A stretch of DNA of 64,000 nucleotides from a bacterium (GTDB taxonomy: Bacteria; UBA8248), in the NCBI GenBank assembly GCA_965207065.1, contig OZ242260.1, forward strand, positions 704,001 through 768,000, read 5' to 3'. The position numbers were made by a program, and so were the translations under genes. Each line of letters begins with the position of its first letter. Position 1 is the first letter of the stretch. Positions 37,188 to 47,082 of this stretch are shown here, one piece after another. The notes below the pieces were generated by a model that had not been told where the DNA came from, made no database searches, and worked only from the letters and a program-made list of their open reading frames with translations.

Positions 37188-38288
37188 ATGGGAAAACGAA
37201 CGATTTTCTTTTTTTTGCTCGGCATCGCCCTGGCTTCCTGCAGCGGCGAGGGGGAATTCTCCCCGACAGGAAACTTGAACACCCCCCGGCACGGACATAC
37301 GGCCACAAAACTCGAATCAGGCGAAATACTCATCGCCGCGGGCCTCACGAAAACCTCTCCGCTCAATGATTTCGAGATATTCGACCCGGCCCAGGGGATT
37401 TTCAAGCCCTACAAGATTCAAGGCCTGCGCAGCCGGGGATGGCACAAGGCGATCCTCCTCAAGGGTGGAGTGCTGATTTCCGGTGGTTGGACGAATGGCG
37501 GGGAGGCGCTCAGAGATTCATATCTCATGCAGTCCGGCGGGGGAGTCCTCGTACGCGCCATGATGAAGTATGGCCGCTATGACCACACGATGACAAAGCT
37601 GCCCACCGGAGACGTACTCATCGCCGGCGGCAACGACGGGAAAAACGCCATTCGTCATCTGGAAATATACGCGCCCGACAAGAGGCGCTTCATCCCGGCG
37701 CGCAGGCCCATGCTCATGGCGCGCCAGCAGCACAGCGCCACAGCGTTGTCTGGAGGCGATGTCCTCATCCTGGGAGGCGCGGAAGGAAAAGGGGCGCGCT
37801 ACGCGGAGCTTTTCCAGCCCTCCCGAGGGAGAACGCGACTGGTCCGAAGCCTGACGACGCAAAGAAGCCGCCACAGCGCCACGCGACTGAAGGACGGGAG
37901 AGTTCTCATCGCAGGCGGCCTGGGAAAAGAAAAAACGCTAGATAGCGCAGAAATCTTCAACCCGGCGACGGAGAAATTCACCCCGCTGGAAAGCAAACTG
38001 CGCGTCAACCGCCAGCAACATACCGCCATTTTGCTCCCGGACGGAAGAGTCGTGCTGATCGGCGGCTGGGGCGGCGAGGGGCGGACCCTCGCCGGCGCGG
38101 AAGTGTACGAGCCCGAGAAAGGATGCTTCTGGCAGGTGGGAGTCGAAATGAAATATCCCAGACGCCTCCATACGGCCACTTCGCTGGGAGGAGGGCGGGT
38201 TCTCATCACAGGGGGCGCAACCGACAACGAAGTTCTGAAATCAGCGGAAATTCTCACCATCAAGCAGGAAGGGAAAAGCGGATGCTGA
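37188..38288 (+). CDS. kelch-repeat beta-propeller lipoprotein
   Basis: Lipobox LASC; seven R-x-x-H-[TSK]-[AM]-x-x-L...G-x-[VI]L[IL]-x-[GA]G repeats. Confidence 0.88.
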   Translation: MGKRTIFFFLLGIALASCSGEGEFSPTGNLNTPRHGHTATKLESGEILIAAGLTKTSPLNDFEIFDPAQGIFKPYKIQGLRSRGWHKAILLKGGVLISGGWTNGGEALRDSYLMQSGGGVLVRAMMKYGRYDHTMTKLPTGDVLIAGGNDGKNAIRHLEIYAPDKRRFIPARRPMLMARQQHSATALSGGDVLILGGAEGKGARYAELFQPSRGRTRLVRSLTTQRSRHSATRLKDGRVLIAGGLGKEKTLDSAEIFNPATEKFTPLESKLRVNRQQHTAILLPDGRVVLIGGWGGEGRTLAGAEVYEPEKGCFWQVGVEMKYPRRLHTATSLGGGRVLITGGATDNEVLKSAEILTIKQEGKSGC

Positions 38289-38349
38289 GCTTCTGGATAT
38301 CCCGATTACTACGGACAATCATATAACCTGACCAAACGAGGAGCACCGT

Positions 38350-39555
38350 ATGACTTTGAAGCATACCCGCCAACGGGACAACCAGCAATGGATTCTGGAT
38401 TACATCGCCAAGACGGCCGGAATGGTCCAGAACTTCGAAGACGATAAGTTCGAGCTTCCCAAGGGCGTAAAGAACTACAAGATGATCAGCAAGCTCCAAG
38501 GCGAGGACGCTGAGCACAAAGAAGAAATCGCCCGGGTGGCGGAGGAAGCCGGCATGCGGGAAACGGCTCTTGAACTCTACATCCAGGCGTCGGAATCATA
38601 CCGCAAAGGACAACACGTCATCTTTGAAGACAATCATCCGCAGAAGATCAAGCTCCACGCCGGGTTGATTCGCTGCTATGACCGCGCCATGGCTCTGGCC
38701 GATTACCCGGTGGAGCGAATCGAAGTTCCCTTTGAGGGTCAGGAGATTCAAATCATTCTCCATCTCCTGCCGGAAGGGAGAAAAGCTCCGTGCATCATTT
38801 ACATTCCCGGCATGGACCAGACGAAAGAGTTTTATCCCTACATCCTGCAGAACGACATGATTCGGCGGGGCATGCACGCTTGCGCCATCGATGGCCCCGG
38901 ACAAGGAATCTCCAACATGCGCAAGATCCGCGTGACCGAGAATAACTATGAGCGCGCCGTTTCGGCGGTAGTCGATTACCTTGTGACACGCGAGGAAATC
39001 GAGGCGGAAAAAATCGGCGTCTTCGGCATCAGCATGGGTTCATACTGGGCGCCGCTCGCCGCAGCGATGGACGACAGGATCAAGGCCTGCGCGGGCGGCA
39101 GCGCCACCTTTTCTGACAAGCACGTGATCTTCGGTGAAGCGTCTCCGCGCTTCAAGCAAATCTTCATGTACATGGCCGGATACACGGAAGAAGACGCCTT
39201 TGATGAGATGGCTTCGAAGATGACGCTCAAGGGCTGCGGGGAGAAAATCTCCTGCCCGACGCTATTGGCCACCGGAGAATTCGACCCGCTGAGCCATTTG
39301 GAAGATGCTCTCCGCTTTTTCGACGAGATCAAAGCGCCCAAGGAATTGTGGGTGCTGGAAAACGAGTTCCACAGGGTGTGGGGAATGCAGGGCCTGGGCA
39401 ACCTGGACCTGAACCCCTGGGCCGTGGATTGGTTAAGAAAAGCGCTAAGCGGAGAAATTTCCGACGATCATGACAAGACCGTCTACATCAGACAAAAATC
39501 GGGCCGCGGCGCCTTGAGCGGTCCCATTCCGGACGATCATCCCAGGCGATGGTGA
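38350..39555 (+). CDS. alpha/beta hydrolase (2,6-dihydroxypseudooxynicotine hydrolase/FrsA-like)
   Basis: PGMDQTKE, DGPGQG, GISMG nucleophile elbow, GEFDPL and a C-terminal His. Confidence 0.85.
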   Translation: MTLKHTRQRDNQQWILDYIAKTAGMVQNFEDDKFELPKGVKNYKMISKLQGEDAEHKEEIARVAEEAGMRETALELYIQASESYRKGQHVIFEDNHPQKIKLHAGLIRCYDRAMALADYPVERIEVPFEGQEIQIILHLLPEGRKAPCIIYIPGMDQTKEFYPYILQNDMIRRGMHACAIDGPGQGISNMRKIRVTENNYERAVSAVVDYLVTREEIEAEKIGVFGISMGSYWAPLAAAMDDRIKACAGGSATFSDKHVIFGEASPRFKQIFMYMAGYTEEDAFDEMASKMTLKGCGEKISCPTLLATGEFDPLSHLEDALRFFDEIKAPKELWVLENEFHRVWGMQGLGNLDLNPWAVDWLRKALSGEISDDHDKTVYIRQKSGRGALSGPIPDDHPRRW

Positions 39556-39786
39556 AAGGTATCAAGGCACATGTAAAAGCACCACGCCGCATACGTTCTT
39601 TCTGTACACCCACTGGTTGAGCGCTTGGCTGCATGTTCGGAATACTTCGAACTCTTTGCGCATTCATTGTGAACCGACGATGGTGTAGTATTCACGACAA
39701 AAAGCGCCGGCTACGTCCTTGAAAATGGGCCTTCCCTTTCGAGGCTCTGGAAAAAGCCGGCGCGCATTCACCATGCTGGAGACGAA

Positions 39787-40878
39787 TTGGCCGTTCAATT
39801 TCATTGGGCTTTGTGCTCGTTTAATGCGGGCGATGGCCATCAAATCAACCCCGCAGTCCCGGAGCGTTCCGCCACACTGGATTATCTGGCCCGTGTCGCG
39901 CAAGCGGCCGAAGACGCCGGGTGCGTCAACATTCTGGTGCCGACGGGCACGCACTGTCTGGATGCCTGGCAGACGGCATCCGCTCTGGCGACCCAGACGA
40001 AGAAAATCAAATTTCTGGTCGCCTTCCGCCCCGGTCTCGTGGGTCCGGTCTACGCCGCCCAGCAGGCGAACACGCTCGATTACTTCACGAAAGGCCGCTT
40101 ATCCTTGAACGTCGTCTCGGGCGCGAACTCTGCAGACCTCAGACGCTATGGCTACCATGCGCCTCATGACGAAAGATACGAGGTGACCGAGGAATTTCTG
40201 GATATCGTACATCGCCTCTGGCAAGAAGACGGGCCCGTCAATTACAAGGGGAGCTTCTTCCATGTGGAAGACGCCCACGTCTGGCCGAAGCGCTATTCGG
40301 ACCCTCACCCCACTATCTTTTTGGCGGGCAGTTCTCCCGGTGGAAAGCGAGTCGCCGCGCACTTCGGCGACGTTCACGTCTACTTCGCCTATGAACCCGA
40401 AACAGTGGCGAAGGAAATCAAAGAGGTCAAAAAACTGGAAAAAGAATACGAGCGAGTAGCCCCCCTCGAATTCGGAGTTCGCCACTGCGTCTGCGTGCGG
40501 GAGACAAAACAGGAAGCGAGGCGCGCCGTGGAAGGCTGGCTGAACGACAGCGACATCGGCAATACCGCCACCTGGGCGGATTCGGTTCGCCTGAGCGAAT
40601 CCACCAGCCAGGCGCGCATCAACGAAATGGCATCGAGAGATTCCCTTTGGCTCACCGACACCATCTGGATGGGCGTGAACAAGGTGCGCGCCGGCGGGGC
40701 CACTACTTTCGTTGGCACACCGCAGATGGTGGCGGACCAGTTCCGAGAATACATTGACGCCGGCGTGACGCATTTCATCATGCACGGCTGGCCTTATCTG
40801 GAAGAAGCGCAGATATTCGGTCGCGAGGTTCTGCCGCTGCTCAAGGACGTGGAGCCGGTGATTCTACCCAACCCTTGA
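39787..40878 (+). CDS. LLM-class flavin-dependent monooxygenase (SsuD-like)
   Basis: YLARVAQAAE, LVPTG, KFLVAFRPG, GRLSLNVVSG, HDERY and VGTPQMVA motifs. Confidence 0.88.
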   Translation: MAVQFHWALCSFNAGDGHQINPAVPERSATLDYLARVAQAAEDAGCVNILVPTGTHCLDAWQTASALATQTKKIKFLVAFRPGLVGPVYAAQQANTLDYFTKGRLSLNVVSGANSADLRRYGYHAPHDERYEVTEEFLDIVHRLWQEDGPVNYKGSFFHVEDAHVWPKRYSDPHPTIFLAGSSPGGKRVAAHFGDVHVYFAYEPETVAKEIKEVKKLEKEYERVAPLEFGVRHCVCVRETKQEARRAVEGWLNDSDIGNTATWADSVRLSESTSQARINEMASRDSLWLTDTIWMGVNKVRAGGATTFVGTPQMVADQFREYIDAGVTHFIMHGWPYLEEAQIFGREVLPLLKDVEPVILPNP

Positions 40879-41008
40879 GAGAACGAATAAATATGCTTAT
40901 GCATGTTTTACGAGATGAACGAGAAATGTGTAATGACAATGTGCGATTAAAGTTCACATTTTCGCCGATCCCGCATCAGGCGATGAAAATCCATCAAAGG
41001 AGGTTGTA

Positions 41009-42271
41009 ATGCCAGGCTATCCCGTAAACGGCGACTTGGAACCCACCACAGAGAATTGGCGGATATCGCAGCACTGCTTCTCCGAGGAAATCCGCTCGCA
41101 GATGACGCTTCCGGAGAAATTCCAGCTTTGCGACATCACCCTGAGGGAAGGCAGGCAGCTTCCCGGAGTGTCCCTGAGGCGGGATGAGGTGATCCGCATC
41201 GCCGATGCGCTCGTCGACGCCGGCGTGAGCATGGTGCAGATGCACCACGACGACCCTTTGGAAATCGAGGAGGTGAAAAAGCGCCACCCCGACCTCATCG
41301 TGGAAGCCCTCGTGCACCCCACCGCGGTTCTGAATCCCGAACTCGCCAAGGTGGAAGTCGACATGAACGTGGAACACGGCGCGGACTATACGACCCTTTG
41401 CTTCTCCTTCTCCCCGAACCAGATGTGCCTGTTCGAATCGATGGCCGGAGACCCGAACATCACCATCGAACAGGCTATCGAGCGGGCCTGCGGCTCCGTG
41501 GCCTACGCCCGGGAGAAATCTGGCCCGGACAGGAAAGTGGGCTGCCTGATCCAGGACTGCACGCGCATCCCGATCGAACGACTCGCCGAAGTATGCGGCA
41601 AACTCGTGGACTCGGGCGCGGACATGATCAAGCTCGACGACATCAACGGCATGGCGATCACGCCGGTATACACATACGTCGTTCGCGAGATGAAGCGCCT
41701 GCTGCCAGGCACGCAAATCGGCCTCCACACCCACAACGACATCGGCATGGCATGCGCCGCTTTGTATGCGGGGCTAGAAGGCGGAGCGGACCTCATCGAC
41801 GCCTGCGTAAACGGGCTGGGCGAGCGCGCCCACATCGCGCCCCTGGCGGAAGTCGCCGCCGTGATTCAGATCTACTACGGCATCGACTGCGGGATTAAGC
41901 TCGAGAAAATGTATGAACTCTCGAGACTCGTCTCCGACATCATGAAGTGGCCCATGACGGACACCATGCCCTTCGTCGGGAAAACGGCTTTTTCGCATTT
42001 GGTCGAAGTGCATTATTGCGTGCCCGATACGGAGGAGGGCTTCTGGGCGTATTCGTGCATGAAGCCCGAGATGTTCGGAAACGGCATGCACAATCTCCTG
42101 GGCCATTATTCGGGCAACTGGGCGGTGCGCACCAAGGCGCGGGAACTGGGCCTCGACCTCCCGCAGGAGAAGGAAAAAGACGTGGTCGAGCGGGTCCGCA
42201 CCGAAATCCGCTGGCGCAAACGCCAACTGGGGAACGAGGAATTCGAGGCCATCGTCCGGGAAGTTTGCTGA
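41009..42271 (+). CDS. DRE-TIM metallolyase (isopropylmalate/homocitrate synthase superfamily), divergent
   Basis: DITLREGRQ, HTHND and NGLGERA motifs; no C-terminal regulatory domain. Confidence 0.82.
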   Translation: MPGYPVNGDLEPTTENWRISQHCFSEEIRSQMTLPEKFQLCDITLREGRQLPGVSLRRDEVIRIADALVDAGVSMVQMHHDDPLEIEEVKKRHPDLIVEALVHPTAVLNPELAKVEVDMNVEHGADYTTLCFSFSPNQMCLFESMAGDPNITIEQAIERACGSVAYAREKSGPDRKVGCLIQDCTRIPIERLAEVCGKLVDSGADMIKLDDINGMAITPVYTYVVREMKRLLPGTQIGLHTHNDIGMACAALYAGLEGGADLIDACVNGLGERAHIAPLAEVAAVIQIYYGIDCGIKLEKMYELSRLVSDIMKWPMTDTMPFVGKTAFSHLVEVHYCVPDTEEGFWAYSCMKPEMFGNGMHNLLGHYSGNWAVRTKARELGLDLPQEKEKDVVERVRTEIRWRKRQLGNEEFEAIVREVC

Positions 42272-42340
42272 ATAAAAAAACGCTTTTTTCGATCAATCAC
42301 GCTTGAATTCCGGGGAATGATTCCCTGGTAAGGAGAAGAC

Positions 42341-43117
42341 ATGAAACTCGAAGGCAAAGTCGCATTCATCACGGGCGCATCCGGCGGCATCGGCGGCGCC
42401 ATCGCTCGCTCCTACGCCAGCGAGGGCGCGAACCTCGCCCTGGCCGCCCGTTCCGTGGACAAGCTCGAAGCGCTCGCCGGGGAGATAGAGGCCATGGGGC
42501 GAAAGGCGCTCGTCTGTCCTTGCGACGTTCTGAAGGACGAGGACATTCTCGATTCGCTGCGCAAAACGGTCGACGCGCTCGGCCCCATCGACATCTTGGT
42601 GAACAACGCGGGCATCGTGAGCTTCGAGGCGGTCCATGAGCTTCCCGACGAAGTTTGGGAGCGCACCATGCAAATCAACGCCAAGGCGCCGTTCACGGCG
42701 ATCCGAGAGGTATTGCCCTCGATGCTCGAGCGCAAATCGGGAAAGATCATCAACGTGGCGTCTGTTTCGGGGAAAATCGGCCTGGCTTACAGGAGCGCCT
42801 ATGCGGCGTCGAAACACGCCGTTCTGGGTCTCACCAAGGCGCTCTCCGCCGAAGTCGCCCCCTTCGGCATCACGGCGAACTGCATCTGCCCCACATTTGT
42901 CTCCACCGGCATGTTCGAGGAAAGCATCCAGAAATGGGCCGATGAAACGGGCAAGACCTTTGAAGAACAATCGGAGGAGCTCAGGAACAGGGTGCCGATG
43001 AAGCGCTTCATCGATCCGGAAGAATGCGCTCCGCTTGCGCTTCTTCTGGCGTGTGAGGACTCAGGCGGCATTACGGGCCAGGCCATCAACGTGGACGGCG
43101 GCTTCGTTCAATTCTAA
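42341..43117 (+). CDS. short-chain dehydrogenase/reductase
   Basis: TGASGGIG, NNAG and YAASK motifs. Confidence 0.92.
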   Translation: MKLEGKVAFITGASGGIGGAIARSYASEGANLALAARSVDKLEALAGEIEAMGRKALVCPCDVLKDEDILDSLRKTVDALGPIDILVNNAGIVSFEAVHELPDEVWERTMQINAKAPFTAIREVLPSMLERKSGKIINVASVSGKIGLAYRSAYAASKHAVLGLTKALSAEVAPFGITANCICPTFVSTGMFEESIQKWADETGKTFEEQSEELRNRVPMKRFIDPEECAPLALLLACEDSGGITGQAINVDGGFVQF

Positions 43118-43130
43118 ACGGGAGACCCGC

Positions 43131-43880
43131 ATGCGGCTGAAAGATAAGGCGGCCATCATCACGGGAGCGGGCAGCGGTCTGGGCGAGGCCATCGCCAGGC
43201 GCTTCGCGGCCGAGGGCGCGTCTTTACTCATCTGCGACAAAAAAGCCCGGGCCGTCCAGGCCCTCTCGGAGGAGCTATCCGTGCATGCGCCCGGCGTTCT
43301 GGCTTGTGAGGCCGACGTTTCGGATTCCGCCGCCGTGGGGGAGATGGTCGAGTCCTGCCTGAAGGCATTTGGACGAATCGACATTCTCATCAACAACGCG
43401 GGCATCTCACCCAAGAAGGGATATCTCGAATACACGGAAGCAGACTGGGACGCCGTGATCGACGTGAACCTGAAGGGAGAATACCTCTGCGCCCGCGCCG
43501 TCTCGGAGCACATGATGGAGAGGCGCTATGGCCGCATCGTCAATCTCTCATCATCCGCATGGCGTTCGGGCGGCTTTGCGGGCGGAATCCCCTACACATC
43601 GGCAAAAGCCGGCGTCATCGGCCTCACGCGCTCGCTCGCCAAAACGCTTGGGCCTTACGGCATCACCGTGAACGCCATCGCGCCCGGCCCCACGGCCACG
43701 CCGCTTACGGACGAATGGCTCCCCGCCCGCACCGATGAGATAGTGAAACAGATTCCACTCGGCCGCGTGGGCAAACCCCTGGACGTGGCCAACGCCGCGC
43801 TATTCCTGGCCTCGGACGAAGCGGAATACATCACGGGCATCTGCCTGGACGTGAACGGCGGCATCGCCATGGGTGGGTGA
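43131..43880 (+). CDS. short-chain dehydrogenase/reductase (FabG-like)
   Basis: TGAGSGLG, NNAG, YTSAK and NAIAPG motifs; GGGAG RBS before ATG 43131. Confidence 0.92.
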   Translation: MRLKDKAAIITGAGSGLGEAIARRFAAEGASLLICDKKARAVQALSEELSVHAPGVLACEADVSDSAAVGEMVESCLKAFGRIDILINNAGISPKKGYLEYTEADWDAVIDVNLKGEYLCARAVSEHMMERRYGRIVNLSSSAWRSGGFAGGIPYTSAKAGVIGLTRSLAKTLGPYGITVNAIAPGPTATPLTDEWLPARTDEIVKQIPLGRVGKPLDVANAALFLASDEAEYITGICLDVNGGIAMGG

Positions 43881-43935
43881 TCCATCTAGATGAGACGGCG
43901 ACAAGATTTCGAGAATTATCCAGAGTAGTTTGATC

Positions 43936-44358
43936 TTAGGTAGAACCTTCCGGCGAAGTTATCGTTTGCTTCTCCTGCTCTGGCGAAGGTGATGCTTGAC
44001 GCCCCCCGAAATAAAATCCGATAACGGAACCGGCAAGAGTGCCGAAAGCGGTGATGACCTGCTCGAAATGATTCGGAAATACCCCAGCGCCAAATACCAA
44101 AATGTTTATGAACGAACCGACGATCAACAAAGCCAACATCGCCCGCACAGAACCTCTGGGAAAGTTCAAGCCCCTAAGAGATTTGGAAGATTCATCAGAT
44201 CGTCGAGCCCAATTTGCATAAAAGGGCGCCCCTATCAAAACCAGCAACACCAACAATAATTCAATCCAAAAAAGCGGTTCTTGAAGCCAAATGATTTCAG
44301 TAGCTTTATTTCCTGATTCAACCTGTTGGGTGGCGGCGTGCGCTATACTCGTAAACAT
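43936..44358 (-). CDS. small 3-TM hypothetical membrane protein, AT-richer than its flanks
   Basis: AAGGAG RBS; three hydrophobic segments; GLNFPRGSVRA and IGFYFG motifs. Confidence 0.7.
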   Translation of the reverse strand: MFTSIAHAATQQVESGNKATEIIWLQEPLFWIELLLVLLVLIGAPFYANWARRSDESSKSLRGLNFPRGSVRAMLALLIVGSFINILVFGAGVFPNHFEQVITAFGTLAGSVIGFYFGGRQASPSPEQEKQTITSPEGST

Positions 44359-44696
44359 GAGAAATCTCCTTCTCATTCGTTCTATTCAACCGAGCAGTAT
44401 TGTCGATGAATTGTTGCGCTAATTCAAGGATGCGATTCCGTTGATAGTGGTGGCCTATTCAGGGCTTTTTTGTCATTGGCGAAATGGCAGTGATTCAAGC
44501 GCGCTCCAACGCTCCGCTTGCAATTTTCCGTCCTGCATGACACCCTTTTTCGGTTCATGAGTCATTGTTCGAGCATTCGTCGAGACAGCGCATTCTCCGC
44601 CACCTCATTGAGTTCGGGGAGATGGGTAGCGACATGTTATCGACATGAATTCAGAAAACCGAATCCGAGATATTACATATTGGAGAGGAGCCCGTC

Positions 44697-45854
44697 ATGA
44701 ACCTGCCTTTTGATGACAACAAGCTCAGCGCCTTGATGGAAGACCAGGGAGCGGACGTCGTTCTCGCCACTTCAAAGGAAAACGTCCGTTACCTGCTCGG
44801 CGGCTATCAATTCTTCTTTTTCGCCCACAAGGACGCCATCGGCGTAAGCCGCTACCAGCCGATAGTGGGCCTCCCCAAGGGTGCGCCCGATAAAGCGTTC
44901 TACATCGGAAACATCATGGAGGGCTGGCAGCAGGAAGTCGAACCCCTGTGGGTGCCCGAGAAGAGAAACAACCAGTGGCACACCGATCAGGCCGGCAAGG
45001 ACGCGGCCGATTTCATCCGCAGGCTCGGCCACGAGAAAGGCACCGTGGCGGTGGAGAAATGCTTCCTGCCGGCGGACTCATACGAGGCGCTTCAGGAGGA
45101 ATTGCCCGACGCGAAATTCATCGACGCCGTCTACCTGCTCGAGGAACTCCGGGCCGTGAAGCAGCCCCACGAACTCACCTTGCTCAAGGACGCTTCGGAA
45201 ACCATCGTCGAGTGCATGCTCGACGTCATGAAGAGCACTCCTCCGGGCACCACCATGTACGAGGTGGCGGACGAGATGAAAAAACTCGAGACCCAAAGGG
45301 GACTCGACTTCGAGTACTGCCTCACCTGCACGGGGCCCAGTTTCAACCGCGCCCCCTCGAACGCGACATGGGATGAGGGGAACATCCTCTCGCTCGATTC
45401 GGGCGGGAACAAGCAGGGATACCTGGGCGATCTTTGCCGCATGGCCGTTTTGGGAGAACCCACGACGCTCATGGAGGATTTGCTCGGTGAAATCCAGGCA
45501 GTGCAGACGGCCGCGCGCGCGGTCGTACGCCCGGGAGTCACGGGACAGGAAATCTACGACGCCGCTCTCAAAGAGCAGGCCAAATGCGAGCACGACGACC
45601 AGATGGTCTTCCTGGCGCATGGCATGGGCATCATCCAGCACGAAGCGCCGCACCTCACCTCCTCGGGCGTCGTGCCCTACCCCGCCACCTATGAGACCAG
45701 GGGTCTCGAACCCGGAATGGTGGTGTCCATCGAAACTGACATTAAAAACCCCGAAGTCGGCTTCGTGAAGCTCGAGGACACCGTGGTCGTCACCGAAGAC
45801 GGGTCGGTTGGCTACGGCGACGAAGGACGGGGCTGGAACCGAGGCGGCGCATAG
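44697..45854 (+). CDS. M24 (Xaa-Pro peptidase/creatinase-like) family hydrolase
   Basis: LRAVK, LDSGG, GDLCR, HGMG...HEAP, SIE and LEDTVVVT motifs. Confidence 0.88.
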   Translation: MNLPFDDNKLSALMEDQGADVVLATSKENVRYLLGGYQFFFFAHKDAIGVSRYQPIVGLPKGAPDKAFYIGNIMEGWQQEVEPLWVPEKRNNQWHTDQAGKDAADFIRRLGHEKGTVAVEKCFLPADSYEALQEELPDAKFIDAVYLLEELRAVKQPHELTLLKDASETIVECMLDVMKSTPPGTTMYEVADEMKKLETQRGLDFEYCLTCTGPSFNRAPSNATWDEGNILSLDSGGNKQGYLGDLCRMAVLGEPTTLMEDLLGEIQAVQTAARAVVRPGVTGQEIYDAALKEQAKCEHDDQMVFLAHGMGIIQHEAPHLTSSGVVPYPATYETRGLEPGMVVSIETDIKNPEVGFVKLEDTVVVTEDGSVGYGDEGRGWNRGGA

Positions 45855-45886
45855 ATTCCAATTCGTGAACGGTAAGGAAGAAGCAG

Positions 45887-47062
45887 GTGGATTTTCGTAT
45901 CAACCCCGAAAATAAAGATTTGCTCGAACGCGCGAAAGTCTACGCAAAGGAAATCCTGGCCCCGAGAGCCGAGAAAATCGACGAGGAAGGAATTTTTCCC
46001 CGCGAGAATTTCAACGATCTGGCCAAAGAGGGTTTCACCTCCCTGACGCTTCCAAAAGACCTGGGCGGCAGAGACCTCTACGAGGACACCGCCACCTACT
46101 CGATGGTCCTCTACGAATTGTCCAAGGGCTGTACCAATACGGCCATGCTATTCCATATGCACAGCTCCATCTCGCACGTCATCACCTATCTGGGAACGGA
46201 TGAGCAAAAGCACAGGTACGGCGAAATCATAAGAAGCGGAAAAATCATCGCGAGCTACGCGAGCGAGAACACCTCGAGCCTCCACGGCGTCTGGCGCATG
46301 GAGACCAAGGCGATTCGGGACGGCGACGTATACCGGATCAACGGCAGGAAATACTTCTGCTCCATGGCCGGCGAGGCGGATTACTACGTGCTTTGGGTGC
46401 AGCTCGAAGGGGAGGAAGACCTTACGAAAAGCCTGGGGCTCCTCATCGCTCCCTCGGACAATCCCGGCTTCAAGATAGATCAGGAGTGGAACTCCTTCGC
46501 CATGCGCGGAACGATGAGCCACTCGATGATATACGACGACGTGAAGATACCGGTGGAGGATCTGGTGGGCCGGGGCGGAGACCCGATACGCCCGGACGTT
46601 CTGCCCAAGTTCGGTTTCGGCTATTCCGCCGTCTACCTGGGCGCCGGCGGCGGCGCCTTCGACTGGGTGGTCAACTACGCGCAAACCCGAAAGCTCATGC
46701 CAGACAACGTGCCCATCGCCTCTTATCCCGCCATACAGCGCCAGATAGGGGAGATGAAAATAGCGCTCGAGGGGGCGATTCTCATGCTCCAGAGAGCGGG
46801 CTGGATGATCAACGCCCACGGCGCGGACAAAGCGTACGGCGCCATCAACGAGGCGAAATACGTTTGCGCGGAAGCGTCCGCCTTCATTACGGAAAAAGCG
46901 ATCAAGGTCGCCGGCGGCCCGGGACTGTTCCGGCACAATCCGCTACAGCGCTTTCACCGCGAGGCGAGAGCCGGCCTCATCATGCCGCCCAACACGGAAA
47001 AGTGCCTGGAACTCACCGCCAAAACCGTGCTCGAGGGCAGTGCGAACATGCTGGGCTCATAA
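45887..47062 (+). CDS. acyl-CoA dehydrogenase-fold flavoprotein, copy A
   Basis: FPRENF, INGRKYFCS, MRGTMS and LQRFHREARAG motifs. Confidence 0.85.
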   Translation: MDFRINPENKDLLERAKVYAKEILAPRAEKIDEEGIFPRENFNDLAKEGFTSLTLPKDLGGRDLYEDTATYSMVLYELSKGCTNTAMLFHMHSSISHVITYLGTDEQKHRYGEIIRSGKIIASYASENTSSLHGVWRMETKAIRDGDVYRINGRKYFCSMAGEADYYVLWVQLEGEEDLTKSLGLLIAPSDNPGFKIDQEWNSFAMRGTMSHSMIYDDVKIPVEDLVGRGGDPIRPDVLPKFGFGYSAVYLGAGGGAFDWVVNYAQTRKLMPDNVPIASYPAIQRQIGEMKIALEGAILMLQRAGWMINAHGADKAYGAINEAKYVCAEASAFITEKAIKVAGGPGLFRHNPLQRFHREARAGLIMPPNTEKCLELTAKTVLEGSANMLGS

Positions 47063-47082
47063 CCGATGGAGGAAAATCGCCG

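Noticed and set aside
40938-40960. CRP/FNR-like site (AATGTG...CACATT) upstream of the DRE-TIM gene
   Set aside because: Half-site spacing does not match TGTGA-N6-TCACA; it cannot be assigned from sequence alone.
46393-47082. Apparent 230-aa N-terminal extension on the CoA ligase (753-aa ORF)
   Set aside because: It overlaps the upstream ACAD gene in another frame; a GGAGG RBS supports ATG 47083.
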